From IMG/VR virus record IMGVR_UViG_3300000062_000003, positions 69,628 through 110,764 of that record: a DNA stretch of 41,137 nucleotides. One strand, given 5' to 3'. A program made the position numbers and the translations under genes. Under the pieces are notes generated by a model. The model saw only the letters and a program-made list of their open reading frames with translations. It ran no database searches and was not told where the DNA came from. Origin of the DNA: a virus. Of the stretch, positions 38,337-41,137 are shown piece after piece. Positions within the stretch are counted from its first letter, which is position 1. Every line of letters begins with the position of its first letter.

Positions 38337-38573
38337 ATGGAAGTAGTAGCATTTTTATCATTAATATTATGTGTTGTAGTCGGATGTTATACAGTCAAGT
38401 ATCTATATACTCCTAACACTGTTATTTTACCTACTAGACATTATGCAGGTGATTTTATAACCCTACCTGATTGCAATACTCAATATTATGTAGTAGCAGT
38501 TAGAAGGATTCTTCATAGCTATCAAAATGGAGAAACATGGTATGAATATGAATTAACTAAGACAACTAAATAA
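38337..38573 (+). CDS. Small membrane-anchored hypothetical protein
   Basis: ATG at 38337 lies downstream of the promoter; N-terminal hydrophobic helix. Confidence 0.55.
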   Translation: MEVVAFLSLILCVVVGCYTVKYLYTPNTVILPTRHYAGDFITLPDCNTQYYVVAVRRILHSYQNGETWYEYELTKTTK

Positions 38574-38575
38574 AC

Positions 38576-38728
38576 ATGGAACAAGTCATTAAAGAAATTG
38601 TTAAGAATGCAGAGATAATCTCATATAACCAAGCTATAGATGATGTACTATACCTTATGGATAAACATGAAGAAGAGATTTATGTGGGTGTAATTAACGA
38701 TATTTTAGAACTTAAGAAAGATATTTAA
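38576..38728 (+). CDS. Small hypothetical protein (50 aa)
   Basis: MEQVIKEIVK...LKKDI exactly fills the gap between its neighbours. Confidence 0.55.
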   Translation: MEQVIKEIVKNAEIISYNQAIDDVLYLMDKHEEEIYVGVINDILELKKDI

Positions 38729-38729
38729 T

Positions 38730-39398
38730 ATGGCACAGTTTTATCCTAAAATTCATACTCTTTATAAAAGAGATGAAAAAACTAAGAAGATTATTGTAGG
38801 AGACTATTCTCGACCAGAGTTTGAGATTCTGAAAGATGTAAAATGGGATGCTACATATAAAACTGATGGTACAAATATCAGCATCTGTTTTGATGGGAAG
38901 ACTGTACAGTTTAGAGGAAAAACAGACAGGGCGGACATACCTAAACATTTATTGAAAAAGTTACAAGAAATTTTTACTCTTGAATTATTAAATAATGTAT
39001 TTACAGAAGAACAAGGTACAGATGGTAATATAAACCCTAGGTATATTGAAATATTTGGAGAGGGATATGGGATGAAAATACAAAAAGGTGGAAATTATAT
39101 ACCTGATGGTGTAGATTTCATTTTATTTGATGTTCGTATAGGTAAATGGTGGTTAGATTATGAGACATGTGAAAAGATAGCTCAATCCCTAGGAACTAAG
39201 ATAGTGCCTTCTTATGGGAAACTAACAATAAAACAAGCAGAAGAGATGGTAATCAAAGGTTTTAAAAGTCCGATAGCTCATAATAAAGACTATGAGGCTG
39301 AGGGTTTAGTACTAAGAGCACCTCTTGGATTGTTAGACAGGTCTGGTAATAGAATTATTACTAAAATTAAACATGTAGATTATAAGCATTTATCATGA
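38730..39398 (+). CDS. RNA ligase (Rnl2-like nucleotidyltransferase domain)
   Basis: YPKI; motif I KTDGTN; FGEGYG; LFDV; EGLVLR; KIK. Confidence 0.8.
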   Translation: MAQFYPKIHTLYKRDEKTKKIIVGDYSRPEFEILKDVKWDATYKTDGTNISICFDGKTVQFRGKTDRADIPKHLLKKLQEIFTLELLNNVFTEEQGTDGNINPRYIEIFGEGYGMKIQKGGNYIPDGVDFILFDVRIGKWWLDYETCEKIAQSLGTKIVPSYGKLTIKQAEEMVIKGFKSPIAHNKDYEAEGLVLRAPLGLLDRSGNRIITKIKHVDYKHLS

Positions 39399-39892
39399 AT
39401 GATTTAAAATTAGGATATAAAGAAGTAGCTATTATTCTAGGAATTGAATATTATGATGCTAAAAGAATAGTGTGGAGAGCTTTAAATCCTGATACAGATA
39501 TTTTGGAGTTCGTTCCTAGTAAGATAGGAGTAAATACGAAAGCACCCCTGACCTCTTTTAAATCAAAGACAACCAGTTGGATAGATGAGTTACATGGTAA
39601 GAACTATTTGCAGCATATGGTGTATTGCATACATGCTAATGGGCTAAGTACCACTACTTGTACTAACATTCTTTGCGATATTGATTGTATTATAAAAGCA
39701 GACTTAGTAGGAGATTATAAAGTATTCAAAGACATTCTATCGCCAAAGCATTTACAAGAGATTATAGGCACTTTGGTTAAAAGACGAGGAGAATACCTAT
39801 CCTCTGGGGAGAAAGTTCCTTCTCGTCTTTTAAAATTTGTGAGTAAAGTAGATATTAAATCCACTTGTTATAAAATACCATATGAAGACTAA
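39395..39892 (+). CDS. Hypothetical protein, possibly DNA-binding
   Basis: N-terminal YKEVAIILGI resembles an HTH. Confidence 0.55.
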   Translation: MNDLKLGYKEVAIILGIEYYDAKRIVWRALNPDTDILEFVPSKIGVNTKAPLTSFKSKTTSWIDELHGKNYLQHMVYCIHANGLSTTTCTNILCDIDCIIKADLVGDYKVFKDILSPKHLQEIIGTLVKRRGEYLSSGEKVPSRLLKFVSKVDIKSTCYKIPYED

Positions 39893-39916
39893 GAAAAAAA
39901 CTACAAAAATTAAGAG

Positions 39917-40762
39917 ATGAATAAAAAAGAAATTACACTTATAAGTTGCTCAGGTAAAATAGCCTCAGGTAAGAATATGGTAACAGCTATCATACAATAC
40001 TATGCAAGATTTTTTAGAACAGGAGAAAACAAGGAGGCGTTTAGAGCTACCATAGAACAACTGATTCTAACTAAACAATCACAATTATTATCCACTGAGT
40101 TTAAAGAAATTAGTTGGGCAGATGGTCTGAAAGATATGGTATGTATTCTTCTTAGTTGTACAAGAAGTCAATTGGAAGACCGTGAGTTTAAGGAGAAAGA
40201 GTTAGGGGAAGAATGGTGGTCATGGGTGGTTGTTCAAAACAATCTAACTATGCGCATACCATATCTTAGAGCTACAGCAGATGAGGTATGCGATATGTTT
40301 GGAACATTAGACATCGACTTAGAAAAACTAACTCCTAGGTTAATTTTACAAAGATTAGGTACAGGAGGACTTCGAGACCTGATACATCAGGATGCTCATA
40401 GCAATATGCTACTGAATAAGCTCAAACAGCACCCTTATCAGAGATTTATCATTACAGATACTAGATTTGAAAATGAGGACTTAGCAGTTATAGATAAAGG
40501 AGGATTAAGGATTCGTATAGAGAGAGAACTTATGTACAGGTTTCCTGAAGTATGGAAGGAGTACAAGACAAGTGAAGCAACTTGTCCTTATGTTGATTGG
40601 ATAGAGAAACATCATCCTGACCTCCATGAACGAATCAACCATCAATCAGAAGTTGAATTAGACTATACTAAAATGGATGAAACTATTTATAATAATGGAA
40701 CTATATTAGAAACTATAACTCAAGTAGAGAACTTATTATTTAAGTATAAAATTATTCAATAA
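39917..40762 (+). CDS. Deoxynucleoside monophosphate kinase
   Basis: SGKIASGK P-loop; WADGLK; TPRLILQRLGT; IITDTRFENE; HQSE. Confidence 0.85.
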   Translation: MNKKEITLISCSGKIASGKNMVTAIIQYYARFFRTGENKEAFRATIEQLILTKQSQLLSTEFKEISWADGLKDMVCILLSCTRSQLEDREFKEKELGEEWWSWVVVQNNLTMRIPYLRATADEVCDMFGTLDIDLEKLTPRLILQRLGTGGLRDLIHQDAHSNMLLNKLKQHPYQRFIITDTRFENEDLAVIDKGGLRIRIERELMYRFPEVWKEYKTSEATCPYVDWIEKHHPDLHERINHQSEVELDYTKMDETIYNNGTILETITQVENLLFKYKIIQ

Positions 40763-40763
40763 T

Positions 40764-41027
40764 ATGGCAAGAAAAACAGTAGTTAAAGCCAAACCAGTTT
40801 CTAAATTGTTTAAGAAACTGCAACAGTTTTCCAAGATAGATATTTACTATTTAAAAACTAAGTACCCTAAAGATTCTGTAGAAATAGCAGATATAGAAAT
40901 ATTAGACAGAGAAGTTAAGATTAGTCTTGAAGAAATCCATCTGGCTGACCTATATCTAAAGTCGGTGTATTATAATTTTAAAACAAACATTTATAAGGAT
41001 GATATCTATAAATTGGTTTTCTATTAA
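40764..41027 (+). CDS. Hypothetical protein
   Basis: 87-aa ORF ending the operon. Confidence 0.55.
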   Translation: MARKTVVKAKPVSKLFKKLQQFSKIDIYYLKTKYPKDSVEIADIEILDREVKISLEEIHLADLYLKSVYYNFKTNIYKDDIYKLVFY

Positions 41028-41062
41028 ATTTTGGCACCTATATATCACTTTACACCCAACCA

Positions 41063-41093
41063 AAGTCAGGGGAGGGATGAGCCTCCCTGACTT
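41063..41093. other. GC-rich hairpin built from two inverted CCCTGAC motifs
   Basis: AAGTCAGGG...CCCTGACTT with an inner AGG/CCT pair; intergenic; no clear U-tract. Confidence 0.6.
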
Positions 41094-41137
41094 CCTAGAA
41101 TTTCAATCAGAGATTTTGTTATAAAGAACTTTTAATT

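Larger units (their letters stand above)
144..41091. repeat. Dispersed over-represented heptamer CCCTGAC/GTCAGGG
   Basis: At least 24 copies on the + strand and 8 on the - strand, found by eye (positions are listed in the findings). Confidence 0.9.

Noticed and set aside
184-38948. Minus-strand and nested ORFs in the ORF track
   Set aside because: They are short shadows of well-supported + strand genes and carry no recognisable motifs.
144-41091. CCCTGAC as a by-product of GATC avoidance or protein repeats
   Set aside because: GATC avoidance could favour only CCT-GAC-C cases. Many copies are in the TLT or reverse-strand frames of unrelated proteins.
1-41137. Stop-codon recoding, as in some crAss-like phages
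   Set aside because: Long genes are intact in the standard code, and TAG, TGA and TAA all end genes at sensible boundaries.

Overview
A 41 kb segment of an AT-rich (roughly one-third GC, estimated by eye) lytic-type dsDNA phage genome that very likely infects Bacteroidota. The evidence is repeated TTTG-N20-TAnnTTTG Bacteroidota-type promoters, a DUF4494-like gene, a crAss001_48-like gene and a giant crAss-like virion protein. All credible genes are on the + strand in the standard code. The window holds the 3' part of a giant virion protein, a family A DNA polymerase with an intein, a DnaB-like helicase, a Toprim-type primase, PD-(D/E)XK nucleases, GroEL and a GroES-like protein, an RNA ligase, two nucleotidyltransferases, a DHH phosphoesterase, a kinase-like protein, a dNMP kinase, homing endonucleases and an embedded tail-fibre cassette. 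The strongest unexplained signals are: (1) a heptamer CCCTGAC/GTCAGGG seen at least 32 times, mostly on one strand and independent of reading frame; (2) five promoter-overlapping palindromes AGGTAGGTAA-N6/7-TTACCTACCT, four of which form two pairs with mutually inverted spacers; (3) a ~196-nt tRNA-like RNA with a vestigial anticodon arm, a very large insert and a second T-arm; (4) a free-standing, catalytically degenerate intein-like gene; (5) two paralogues resembling DGR targets with no reverse transcriptase in the window; (6) a G8 tract inside a promoter spacer. All counts and family calls were made by eye without database searches.
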